64,000 bases of DNA from a virus (taxonomy: Duplodnaviria > Caudoviricetes): positions 1 through 64,000 of the IMG/VR virus record IMGVR_UViG_3300043252_000011; one strand, given 5' to 3'. A model generated the notes under the pieces. It was not told the origin of the DNA. It was given only the letters and a program-made list of their open reading frames with translations, and searched no databases. The position numbers and the translations under genes were made by a program. Below, one piece after another: positions 45,461 to 54,075 of this stretch; position 1 is the first letter of the stretch, and every line of letters begins with the position of its first letter.

Positions 45461-45503
45461 TGAGGGGCGTAGAAGGGTGTCATACAAACCGCTGGAGAGT
45501 GAC

Positions 45504-45785
45504 ATGCAGACCGAGGATTATAAAGGCGCCCGGATACTGGCAACAGTCGAGCACCTGGGCGAAACGTTTCAAATTGTACGGTGGCGCGTCAACGGCAAGC
45601 CATGGCGCAAGTACATGGCACTGTTGTACGGCGGCATAGTTATGTCGTATGGCAAAGGCGAAACCAACCCAACCAGAGCAGCTACTGAGTTCAAACATCT
45701 TTTTGAAAAAACCTTTACCGACCGCACTGAAATGCTCACCCGAATCCAGACTCTGAAACACCAGGCAGCCGGCCATTGCGACTGA
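45504..45785 (+). CDS. hypothetical protein
   Basis: SD ggagag. Confidence 0.65.
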   Translation: MQTEDYKGARILATVEHLGETFQIVRWRVNGKPWRKYMALLYGGIVMSYGKGETNPTRAATEFKHLFEKTFTDRTEMLTRIQTLKHQAAGHCD

Positions 45786-45797
45786 AAAGGAAACATC

Positions 45798-46277
45798 ATG
45801 CACGCGAAATACGAAGGCCAACTACCGGACGGCTGGCAACGTGGCGAGCCGGTTACGAAATACTGGAACGGCGACTACATCCACCTTTACCGGGTTGTAC
45901 GGCCTTGTGCAACGTGCGGCGCTGAAATTAGTCTGGACGTAACCAGAAAGGCGCTCGAAGGCACCAAAAAGAACGCCGGGCTGCTGCTGCGCAACTGTCC
46001 AAAATGCCGAGCGGAACGCAAGGCCGGCGGTCCCGGCTCGCGTGGCGGTAAGTCCAGGCCGGTTGCCGGTGATGCACCCGTGGTTGTGCAGACTGCGATT
46101 CCGGCCGAAATAACGGAGGAACTTGAACGGCTCCGTATGGCAAATGCAACCATGAAAGAGGAACTTGACGGGTTGTACACACAATTAAAGGAGTTGCGCG
46201 AACGCCCTGGCGAACCTGAACTGTTGCAAAAAAGTCACTCAGAAAATAATGTGAAAATGCCTTGGGAAAAGAGTTGA
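45798..46277 (+). CDS. zinc-finger plus coiled-coil protein
   Basis: CATC...CPKC; SD aagga. Confidence 0.7.
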   Translation: MHAKYEGQLPDGWQRGEPVTKYWNGDYIHLYRVVRPCATCGAEISLDVTRKALEGTKKNAGLLLRNCPKCRAERKAGGPGSRGGKSRPVAGDAPVVVQTAIPAEITEELERLRMANATMKEELDGLYTQLKELRERPGEPELLQKSHSENNVKMPWEKS

Positions 46278-46334
46278 CAGAGCGCGGGAATGCGTGTACT
46301 TGTACGTACATCGAAAACGCAAACCGCTGGAGAG
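46274..46334 (+). promoter_or_regulatory. conserved phage promoter/leader cassette, copy D
   Basis: TTGACA...TGTACGTACATCGAAAACGCAAACCGCTGGAGAG. Confidence 0.8.
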
Positions 46335-46339
46335 CGAAA

Positions 46340-46510
46340 ATGATTACCCGAATCAAAACCGACGAAGAACTGGTACAGGAAGCCGCCCGCAAGTTGGCCA
46401 TCGCTTGCAGCGGTGCCGAGTTTGATGCGGCGTGTGCTGACATGGTCGAAGCACTGCGTTATGCTCGTTCCGTGCAATGGTGGTCGCAGTTCGAGCGGGA
46501 GGTTGTGTGA
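46340..46510 (+). CDS. small hypothetical protein
   Basis: Downstream of promoter copy D. Confidence 0.6.
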   Translation: MITRIKTDEELVQEAARKLAIACSGAEFDAACADMVEALRYARSVQWWSQFEREVV

Positions 46511-46728
46511 TGACCGACATGAAAAACGTAAAATTTTTGCGCGACTTGCCGGGCGGCTCCACCTATCATTTAGGAACCGCCGTTTATTATCCGAACGGCC
46601 CCGGCTGGCGCTTTATTTCTAACGTTAGTTCGCACAAGGGCAGTCGTAAGTTCCACGCGACAATGGAAGCATGCGTACCCCGTTGGGTCGGCTACCCTGG
46701 CAAATGCCGCAGTGAGGTCAAGCAATGA
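46510..46728 (+). CDS. small hypothetical protein
   Basis: TGATG coupling, SD ggagg. Confidence 0.6.
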   Translation: MTDMKNVKFLRDLPGGSTYHLGTAVYYPNGPGWRFISNVSSHKGSRKFHATMEACVPRWVGYPGKCRSEVKQ

Positions 46729-46766
46729 GCTACGGCCGCCACAGCATTATCGCGGGAACTTAAGTC

Positions 46767-46943
46767 ATGACGTTAAAAATCCACACAGAATTTGTCTACC
46801 CACCGATTCCAATTCGTCAGTTTGATTGGTCGGCAGTGACTGACAACTACGAACCGGGATGTCCGATTGGTTACGGCCCTACGGAACGAGAAGCGATTGA
46901 CGATTTGCTTTCTCAAATTGAGCCAGAGGAATGGAGTGAATGA
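46767..46943 (+). CDS. small phage protein (PPIPIRQFDW...GYGPTEREAI)
   Basis: Manual translation, 58 aa. Confidence 0.6.
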   Translation: MTLKIHTEFVYPPIPIRQFDWSAVTDNYEPGCPIGYGPTEREAIDDLLSQIEPEEWSE

Positions 46944-47113
46944 GCTACGGCCGCCACCACAGCCACGGCGGCCTTGGCCTCTTTGCCATCGTCGCCGCCA
47001 TCGCATTTGCCTTCGGCGTACGTACAGCGCGCATTATCGTCGGCGGTACGTTGCTGATCGGCGCCGCGTTCTTCGGCTACGTCATGTTTCGCGTGATTAT
47101 GGGGACGATATGA
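46940..47113 (+). CDS. small two-TM membrane protein (MSYGRHHSH...)
   Basis: Manual translation, 57 aa, ATGA overlaps. Confidence 0.6.
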   Translation: MSYGRHHSHGGLGLFAIVAAIAFAFGVRTARIIVGGTLLIGAAFFGYVMFRVIMGTI

Positions 47114-47460
47114 GCAAGCTAATCAAATTTCAGCTAAAATTAAAAGACGGCGTTTCGATTGATTGCGTAGGTTACGTTCCGTACGAAGGATCACCTCTTG
47201 CGTTGACGCGCCCCCTGTTTCAAGGTAGGGCAGGTATTGAATTTGATGAATCGCAATGGTGCGTGAGGCACATCCGTACAAGCATGAGCTTAGGCTTTAC
47301 GCGTTTTGAATCGCGTAAAGCAGGCATGGCGTTTATCGATCTCTTGAAACCGCGCGAGTGGTGCTGGGTTGTTTGCGATGAATCAAAGGGCAAAGAATGC
47401 CCCGAAATAGTGCGCTGTTTTGAGTTGTACCAGAACGCTGTGAAGGTGAGCGTATCGTGA
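47110..47460 (+). CDS. hypothetical protein
   Basis: ATGA overlap, SD gggga. Confidence 0.6.
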   Translation: MSKLIKFQLKLKDGVSIDCVGYVPYEGSPLALTRPLFQGRAGIEFDESQWCVRHIRTSMSLGFTRFESRKAGMAFIDLLKPREWCWVVCDESKGKECPEIVRCFELYQNAVKVSVS

Positions 47461-47558
47461 CCAGCAACGAACAAGCCAGCGAACTCCTAACGCTCATTGC
47501 GCTGTCGCTATTCCTGGCCATGGTGTTGTCGTGGTCGGCTATCATTGGAGGCTAGAAT

Positions 47559-47771
47559 ATGCCACGGCGGTCTGGAATAAATTGGAATTTACCTGATGGA
47601 AATCTGTCAACGGGTGACGCGCAACTCGCGGTACTGATGGACATTCGGGACGAACTGAAAGAGTTAAACAACAAACTCGCTTGCTTTCGCGTCCGCAGGA
47701 TGCTCAACACGGTGCAGCGCATTGACAAGCGTTTGGCCAAAAGGTTGCCGCTCAAACAGCGGGGCGTTTGA
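47559..47771 (+). CDS. hypothetical protein
   Basis: SD ggagg. Confidence 0.6.
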   Translation: MPRRSGINWNLPDGNLSTGDAQLAVLMDIRDELKELNNKLACFRVRRMLNTVQRIDKRLAKRLPLKQRGV

Positions 47772-47861
47772 CAATTCCATAGCGCGAGCATAAAAAGAAA
47801 AACCCCGATACGGGCTCGACTCCGTACCGGGGCTAGAAGCGCACCACAGCTAGGGCCTGCG

Positions 47862-49928
47862 ATGCTCGCTCCCACTAGCACAACCGCGTACGACATACAA
47901 TCTTTTTGGGACGCCGCGATTGCACGCGGTCTTTTCCCCCTCGCCATAGCCCGGAACAGCAAAGCGCCGATCGGCGCGGGTTGGAATCTGTGGACGCACC
48001 CGATCGTGCACCCCGGCGCCGGCAGTGTCGGGCTCCGCTGCGGCGATAACGGCCTGACCGCATTCGATTGCGACCACGCGGACCCGCAAATATCGCAACG
48101 TCTGCTGGCGGCTTTTCGTTCCGTACTCGGCCCGAACATCCCCGTACGCTGGGGCCGTGAACCAAAATTCCTAATTCCGTTTTATCTCGTTGATGCGCCC
48201 GTACAAGGCCGCACATTTACATTTCCAGATGGCAACAAATTACAATTAATGGGCGGTCAGTTCGTCGCGTTCGGTCCGCATAAAGATACCGGCCAAGACT
48301 ATCGCTGGGAAAACTGGAATGTTGAATGGCCTCGACTGACAACGGAGCAACTGCAAACAGTCCTGTCCGAAGTCCCGCTACGAGCTGGTACGTCATTGCG
48401 CTTCGCTGCCGATCATGAAACCGCCAGCGCCGATGAGCTGAAATACGCGACGCCGCAGACGTACGATGAATGGGGAGCCGGCCGCGAAGCTGCCGCACGT
48501 TATCTCGGCATGCTGAAGCACGAATTACTAGGCAAAACCGAAGGACGCGGATCTACAATCTTTGCCATCGTTGGCGTGCTGAAATTTGCCGAGCAACACG
48601 GCATGTGCACGCGGCGTGAAATCGAAGATGCCATCACCGAGGCCGGGCATAGTTTGGACGAAGGCATCGGCGGCCGTACGCTTGGCGAAGAAATAACGCG
48701 GCAGGACCAATTGCCGGTACTGCGCGGCAACCTGATTATGCAAGCAGTCATGTCGCGCCGTACGATGCTGCAAGGTTTGCACGACGCACAGACAGCGCCG
48801 ACGCTGGCGTTACGCAGTGGCTTTGAAATATCCTTGGAGGACGACAATGCCGAGCTGCCATGGCTATTATATCAGAGGATACTTTGCGGCGAGGTTCACT
48901 TTTTCACCGGGCACAGCGGCGCCGGCAAGTCCGCGCTTGTTACTGATTTGGCCTTCCAATTTCTTCGGGGCCAAGCGTGGTTGGATGCTGACAACGAACG
49001 TACAAACGGTCATGTATTGTGGGTTGCCGCTGAAGACGACTACGGCACAGAACGACGCGTGAGGCACTTATTACGCCAAGAGCCAAACGCAACCGAGCTG
49101 GCATCGCGCTTCCACATGATACGCAGCATCAACGAGCCGCTGGCATTCGAGCAACAATGCGTAGCGCAGGTTCAAGCTATGGCCGCAATGAACAAGCGCG
49201 TCGATATAATTACGCTGGATACTTGGGGCGCGAGCGGTCTTTGCTTCGCCGACAATGATACCGAAGCCGTGCTGAAAGCCATGTTTATTCTGAAAAGCGT
49301 AGCGCGGCGTACGGGTGCGGCTGTACTTGTCACCGATCATTTACCGCTCGGCAACGAAGACGCTTGGCAAAAAGGCAACGGCGCCAAGTCTGGCAACGCT
49401 GGTTTTGTTTATCGCGTCACTGGCGGTCGCAACGATTACGTGTCAGTTGATTGCGGCAAGGCGCGCGGTGCTCCGAAGGCCAAAAGTTATACGGGTAAAA
49501 TCGTTTCGGAAAACTACGGCAAAGACGTAAAAGGCCGTACAACCACCGTGAATATATTCAAGCGCATTTCCGAAGTCATCAAAGAGAACAAAGAACAGTC
49601 CGCCGTGCTCAGGCTTGCCGCAATACTGCCCGGAGTAACTGCCGCTGGTATGGACGCCTTGCGCGCCGGCAGTATCGTCCGATTCGATAGTGTGGCTGCC
49701 GAGATAGGCCATGCCGTTAAAGGCGAAGTGCCCGGCTATGTCGTCAGTAAGGATGCCGCTAAAAAGATGTTCGAGGATGGTATAAAGGGCTTGCTAGAGA
49801 GTGGACATTTTAGGGCCTTGTACGGTTATCCGTTTCTTGCTATTTTCCCGCCGAGTGGTAGTGTACGGCAAGAACTGACGATACCGTTTGTAATAGACAT
49901 CCCGAAGGAGAGTTTTCCATGGCAGTGA
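47862..49928 (+). CDS. primase-polymerase (PrimPol-type) fused to AAA/RecA-like helicase
   Basis: KAP...W, VGLRCG...AFDCD; Walker A GHSGAGKS, AAED, Walker B ITLDT, VTDH. Confidence 0.88.
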   Translation: MLAPTSTTAYDIQSFWDAAIARGLFPLAIARNSKAPIGAGWNLWTHPIVHPGAGSVGLRCGDNGLTAFDCDHADPQISQRLLAAFRSVLGPNIPVRWGREPKFLIPFYLVDAPVQGRTFTFPDGNKLQLMGGQFVAFGPHKDTGQDYRWENWNVEWPRLTTEQLQTVLSEVPLRAGTSLRFAADHETASADELKYATPQTYDEWGAGREAAARYLGMLKHELLGKTEGRGSTIFAIVGVLKFAEQHGMCTRREIEDAITEAGHSLDEGIGGRTLGEEITRQDQLPVLRGNLIMQAVMSRRTMLQGLHDAQTAPTLALRSGFEISLEDDNAELPWLLYQRILCGEVHFFTGHSGAGKSALVTDLAFQFLRGQAWLDADNERTNGHVLWVAAEDDYGTERRVRHLLRQEPNATELASRFHMIRSINEPLAFEQQCVAQVQAMAAMNKRVDIITLDTWGASGLCFADNDTEAVLKAMFILKSVARRTGAAVLVTDHLPLGNEDAWQKGNGAKSGNAGFVYRVTGGRNDYVSVDCGKARGAPKAKSYTGKIVSENYGKDVKGRTTTVNIFKRISEVIKENKEQSAVLRLAAILPGVTAAGMDALRAGSIVRFDSVAAEIGHAVKGEVPGYVVSKDAAKKMFEDGIKGLLESGHFRALYGYPFLAIFPPSGSVRQELTIPFVIDIPKESFPWQ

Positions 49929-50087
49929 AAGACGATCCGAAAGCCATTGCCAAATTACTCCGAGCCATGGCTAAAAGTGAACACGGTCAATGTTATGGGT
50001 GGCACGTAATTTTAAACGCTGCAGCAAATTTGCTGGACGCAACGGCAAAATAATGGGCATAGACGCAAACGGCGAATTTGATGGCAT

Positions 50088-50345
50088 TTGTGCCTGTGGA
50101 AAAGCCGCTATGGATGGAATCAGATGTATCCTTGGTGCTACCCACATGCCTCTGAATCGTCAACCACACAAGCCGCGCTCTATGCCGTGGGAGACATCGT
50201 CTATTCCGGCCGCGAGCGCGGAACCGTCGTTACCGTGGACGCAGACAAGGCTACCATGGGAGTAGTTTGGGAAGACAGTGATGACGGCAAGCCGATTACA
50301 TATCCGATGGACGCAGACTACTTGAGTAAGGAATTTCCATGGTAG
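50088..50345 (+). CDS. hypothetical protein (SH3-like)
   Basis: VGDIVY...GTVV...VVWED; start uncertain; overlaps another ORF (49990-50265). Confidence 0.45.
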   Translation: MCLWKSRYGWNQMYPWCYPHASESSTTQAALYAVGDIVYSGRERGTVVTVDADKATMGVVWEDSDDGKPITYPMDADYLSKEFPW

Positions 50346-51289
50346 CGTACTACAACGAAAAAGACCCGTTCGCAGCGGAATGGCTACGCAAATTAATTGC
50401 TGCGAACATCATCGCACCCGGCGACGTTGACGAAAGAAGCATTGAAGATGTTATTCCCATGGAACTCGCCAAGTACACACAATGCCATTTCTTCGCCGGC
50501 ATCGGTGTCTGGTCTTACGCCATGCGCCGCGCCGGCTGGCCCGATGACCGCCACGGCTGGAGCGGTTCGTGCCCATGCCAGCCTTTCAGCCAGGCAGGCC
50601 AAGGCGCGGGGTTTGCTGACGAGCGGCACCTATGGCCTGCGTTTTTCCATCTTATCGAGCAGTGCCGCCCTGACATCGTTTTTGGTGAGCAGGTTGCGAG
50701 CCCGGACGGATTTGCTTGGTTCGACCTTGTACAGTCTGACATGGAAGGTACGGACTACGCCTTCGGGGCGCTCGATCAATGCGCTGCGGGCTTCGGCGCG
50801 CCGCATATCAGACAGCGGCTATACTGGATGGCCTACGACAACAGCGCGGGACTGGCCCAGCAACAGCGCAACGGAAGAATACCATTCGGAACGCTGGTCG
50901 CACTCCCGCGGGAAGGCGCTGAACGAATTAACGGAGCAACTAGCGGGATGGAACAGCACGTCGGCGTCGGACGGGAATGGCGGCAAACGTCCGCACCCGG
51001 ATACGACAATGACGGGGCGGCACCCGAACGGCAACAAAATCAATATGGGGGTGTCATCGCAAGCACACCTAGCATTCTTGAACGTGCAGCCGGCCCGACT
51101 AACGGTTACTGGCGAGCTGCTGATTGGCTCCGATGCAAAGATGACAAGTGGCGGCCAGTTGAACCCAGCGCATTCCCGTTGGCTCATGGGGTTGCCAATT
51201 GAGTGGGACTTCTGCGGGGTTACGGTAACGCTATCGTCGCGCCGCAAGCGCAAGAATTTGTGAAGGCAGCCATGCAGTACATGCCATGA
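50339..51289 (+). pseudogene. C5-cytosine DNA methyltransferase alpha chain interrupted by in-frame TGA at 51200-51202
   Basis: Motifs I FFAGIG, IV GSCPCQPFS, VI GEQV, VIII HIRQR; motif X GYGNAI lies after the TGA; downstream stop 51289 overlaps the next ATG. Confidence 0.75.
50397..51263 (+). CDS. overlapping-frame beta chain of the C5 methyltransferase (M.EcoHK31I-like)
   Basis: Open +1 frame with WPTTTARD and motif-IX-like LNPAHSRWLMGLPIEW; true start probably internal. Confidence 0.65.
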   Translation: MLRTSSHPATLTKEALKMLFPWNSPSTHNAISSPASVSGLTPCAAPAGPMTATAGAVRAHASLSARQAKARGLLTSGTYGLRFSILSSSAALTSFLVSRLRARTDLLGSTLYSLTWKVRTTPSGRSINALRASARRISDSGYTGWPTTTARDWPSNSATEEYHSERWSHSRGKALNELTEQLAGWNSTSASDGNGGKRPHPDTTMTGRHPNGNKINMGVSSQAHLAFLNVQPARLTVTGELLIGSDAKMTSGGQLNPAHSRWLMGLPIEWDFCGVTVTLSSRRKRKNL

Positions 51290-51609
51290 GTGATATAGAG
51301 GTTTTTCCCTGGGACCCGCCACAACGATCGGTGGAAGACACCATCGAATTGATACGAAACGACTTTGCGTACGCTGTTGCAAACACCGCGATTGTAGTAC
51401 ATTCCAACAATCCGGCGTTCGCCTTCATCGCCAACACGCAGCGGGGCCAGCTCGTACCGCGCGGGGAGGTTAAACTGTCGGACGGAACGACGGTTGAATT
51501 GCAGGATATCGGGATGTGCCAGCCCAACGTGCCTCACATGACCGTACAGCAGATCATGACGCGTATCTGGAAACTGGCGAGTGATTTGGGGTTGGAGATT
51601 GTGAAATGA
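51286..51609 (+). CDS. hypothetical protein
   Basis: ATGA coupling. Confidence 0.6.
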   Translation: MSDIEVFPWDPPQRSVEDTIELIRNDFAYAVANTAIVVHSNNPAFAFIANTQRGQLVPRGEVKLSDGTTVELQDIGMCQPNVPHMTVQQIMTRIWKLASDLGLEIVK

Positions 51610-52037
51610 CAAAAGACGAAGTTATTAATAAAATTGTCACTGATCTAGCGTGGCGCGGGCCGAGCGGACGACCGATGAATTTTGTTTGTCTAACACGTGA
51701 ACAAGCGATAGTCCTAATAAAGCCAGAGCCAGAAAAAGAGACTTCTAAATGACCGCATACTGGCCAACGGCTGCCGTAATGCAGCATCTGGACGGCTACC
51801 AGCGAGTCGGACTGGTAAACGCTTCGCTCGGCACGTCGCAACTAATGATGGTTGCCTGCCATATAACGCGACCAGCAAGATATCCGCCTGCACGTCATTG
51901 GCAGTCATTCAATCGAAAGGCGCCGGAATGCGTTGCGTTTACCTGAGCTACCCCGACTACGGCCAATGGACCGCCCTGGAGCGCGGCGGCTTTGTGGAAA
52001 TGTGGGACGATTTCGGCTTTGTGATGGACGCGCTGCA

Positions 52038-52066
52038 TTGACAGCGTACGGTAGCAGGTGTACAGA
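52038..52066 (+). promoter_or_regulatory. sigma70-like promoter upstream of the repeat
   Basis: TTGACA-N17-TACAGA. Confidence 0.5.
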
Positions 52067-52076
52067 ATAACAACAA

Positions 52077-52470
52077 GAATGTCGCCAACTTAGAGGTATT
52101 CCGATGCACCGACCGAGCGAATTTTTAGCCTGGGCCGTCGAGACATTCGGTCCGGTTGCCCTCAAGCGCAAAGAACGCCTTATGCGCTTTACTGAGGAAG
52201 CAATCGAACTCGCGCACGCGGACGGCCTTAAGCGGGCTGATTTGGATAGGCTTTTGGACCGCGTTTATTCGCGTCCTGCTGGCCATGTGTGGCGCGAAAT
52301 CGGCCAAGCGCAGGCGTGCCTAGAAACCTACGCCCAAAGCATCGGCGTGTCTGCGGACGAACAGGCGCAGAAGGAATTTGATCGGGTGCGCAAAATCCCG
52401 AAAGAGGAATGGACGAAACGCCACGCGGCCAAGGTCGGCCTTGGTATCGCCGGCTGATACGGAATTAACA
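52077..52470 (+). repeat. 394-bp exact direct repeat, copy 2
   Basis: Identical to 1-394. Confidence 0.97.
52104..52457 (+). CDS. MazG-like protein (identical to 28-381)
   Basis: Same translation. Confidence 0.55.
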   Translation: MHRPSEFLAWAVETFGPVALKRKERLMRFTEEAIELAHADGLKRADLDRLLDRVYSRPAGHVWREIGQAQACLETYAQSIGVSADEQAQKEFDRVRKIPKEEWTKRHAAKVGLGIAG

Positions 52471-52481
52471 CGGAGATTGAT

Positions 52482-52712
52482 GTGAAAAAGACGATCACGC
52501 CCGACGAGCGCCTCCAAGCCTTCGCACTCTTTGTAATGGCTTGCCAGCACGCTCAGGAATGCCGCCGATACGAGCGGGCCATCGCCAAGATTTTCGGCGA
52601 CACCGACGAGTTCAATTCGCGGGTTAGCGATTCCATCTACGGGAGTGAGCCCAATGGGGCCTCTGTCGAGTTCGATGAAATCTTGGAAGGCAACGAGATC
52701 AAGGTGAAGTGA
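52482..52712 (+). CDS. hypothetical protein
   Basis: SD ggag, GTG start. Confidence 0.6.
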   Translation: MKKTITPDERLQAFALFVMACQHAQECRRYERAIAKIFGDTDEFNSRVSDSIYGSEPNGASVEFDEILEGNEIKVK

Positions 52713-53128
52713 TGGCGCGCTTTGCTGCCCAAACTCGAGTTGGCGTCGATCAAACCCGTGTTGAGATCGAGCGCACGCTGGCGCGCTATGGTGCCACCGC
52801 GTTCGGCTACATCAGCAAGCAGGGCGTGGCCATCATTGGCTTTGAGGCGGCTAAGAGGCACATCAAAATTACTGTGCCGCTTCCAGTCGGCGAAGATGAA
52901 AAGACGAAGCAGCAAGCCCGGCAGCGCTGGCGCGCCCTACTCCTGGTCATCAAGGCCAAGCTCGAATCTGTCGAAAGCGGCATCGAGACTTTGGAGGAAG
53001 CATTCTACGCAAACATCGTCATGCCGGACGGCCGCACGATCTATGAAAGCACGCGCGAGCATGTTGCGGTCGCTTACAAGACCGGCAAGGTGCAGGGACT
53101 TTTGCCGGATTACACGAAGTCCGGTTAA
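52709..53128 (+). CDS. conserved phage protein
   Basis: T.V...EIE..L.RYGAT.F...QRWRALLLVIKAKLESVESGI. Confidence 0.75.
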   Translation: MMARFAAQTRVGVDQTRVEIERTLARYGATAFGYISKQGVAIIGFEAAKRHIKITVPLPVGEDEKTKQQARQRWRALLLVIKAKLESVESGIETLEEAFYANIVMPDGRTIYESTREHVAVAYKTGKVQGLLPDYTKSG

Positions 53129-53150
53129 TGACAGAACACTCGCCAACTTC

Positions 53151-54053
53151 ATGACCCAGGCAGCGACCATAGAAGCTCCTACCCGCCCGGCACTCCGCTG
53201 GCACGGCGGTAAGTGGAAGCTCGCGCCGTGGATCATGTCGCATTTCCCGCCGCACCGGGTCTACGTTGAGCCGTTCGGTGGTGCTGCCTCCATCCTGCTC
53301 CGCAAGGAGCGCGTCTATGGGGAGGTTTATAACGACCTGGACGACTGGGTTGTGAACCTATTCCGCGTCCTCCAAAACGAGGAACAGGCGGCACGCCTAG
53401 TCCGGCTGCTCGAGGTCACACCCTTCGCCCGGACTGAATTTGAAGTCGCGCGCAAGCTCGGCGAGGCGGAAGGCGACCCGGTTGAATTGGCCCGCCGGCT
53501 GATAATCCGATCCTACATGGGCTTTGGGTCCAATGCGCACGACGGCCGATCGACAGGCTTCCGGTCGAACAGCAACCGTAGCGGCACGTTGCCGGTGCAA
53601 GATTGGGCCAATTACCCCCAGGCGCTGCTTAAGATAGTCGAGCGGTTCCGAGGCGTGGTGATCGAACATCGTGACGCCACCGCCGTCATGGTGCAACACG
53701 ATAGCCTCGAGACGCTGCATTACGTGGATCCTCCATATCTCCCTGAGGTCCGATCGCCGGCAAATAAATACGGCCTGAAATACCGGATGTACCGGCACGA
53801 AATGGACGCTGCCGGCCACCTAACGCTGATTGAGGCGCTGCACCAGCTCGAGGGAATGGTCATCCTATCCGGTTATCCCCCCCCTTTGTACGAATCCGCG
53901 CTGCCTGGCTGGCGACGATCAGAGACGGCCGCCCTAGCCGATGGCGCGCGGAAGCGCACGGAAGTTCTTTGGATCAATCCGGCCGCCGCCGAAGGCCTCG
54001 ATCGCGTGCGGCGAGGTCATGAGTTTGGTTTGTTCGCAACAGTTGGCGGTTAA
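53151..54053 (+). CDS. DNA adenine methyltransferase (Dam/D12 class)
   Basis: LRWHGGKW, YVEPFGGAAS, EVYNDLD, YVDPPY. Confidence 0.92.
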   Translation: MTQAATIEAPTRPALRWHGGKWKLAPWIMSHFPPHRVYVEPFGGAASILLRKERVYGEVYNDLDDWVVNLFRVLQNEEQAARLVRLLEVTPFARTEFEVARKLGEAEGDPVELARRLIIRSYMGFGSNAHDGRSTGFRSNSNRSGTLPVQDWANYPQALLKIVERFRGVVIEHRDATAVMVQHDSLETLHYVDPPYLPEVRSPANKYGLKYRMYRHEMDAAGHLTLIEALHQLEGMVILSGYPPPLYESALPGWRRSETAALADGARKRTEVLWINPAAAEGLDRVRRGHEFGLFATVGG

Positions 54054-54075
54054 CTTCTGCTTAACAGGGACACCG

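Noticed and set aside
51200-51202. Genome-wide stop-codon reassignment (TGA)
   Set aside because: Many genes end normally at TGA with ATGA coupling; only one interrupted gene was seen
52722-53150. Long N-terminal extension of the Dam methylase
   Set aside because: Shadow of the real 52709-53128 gene; Dam motifs begin after ATG 53151
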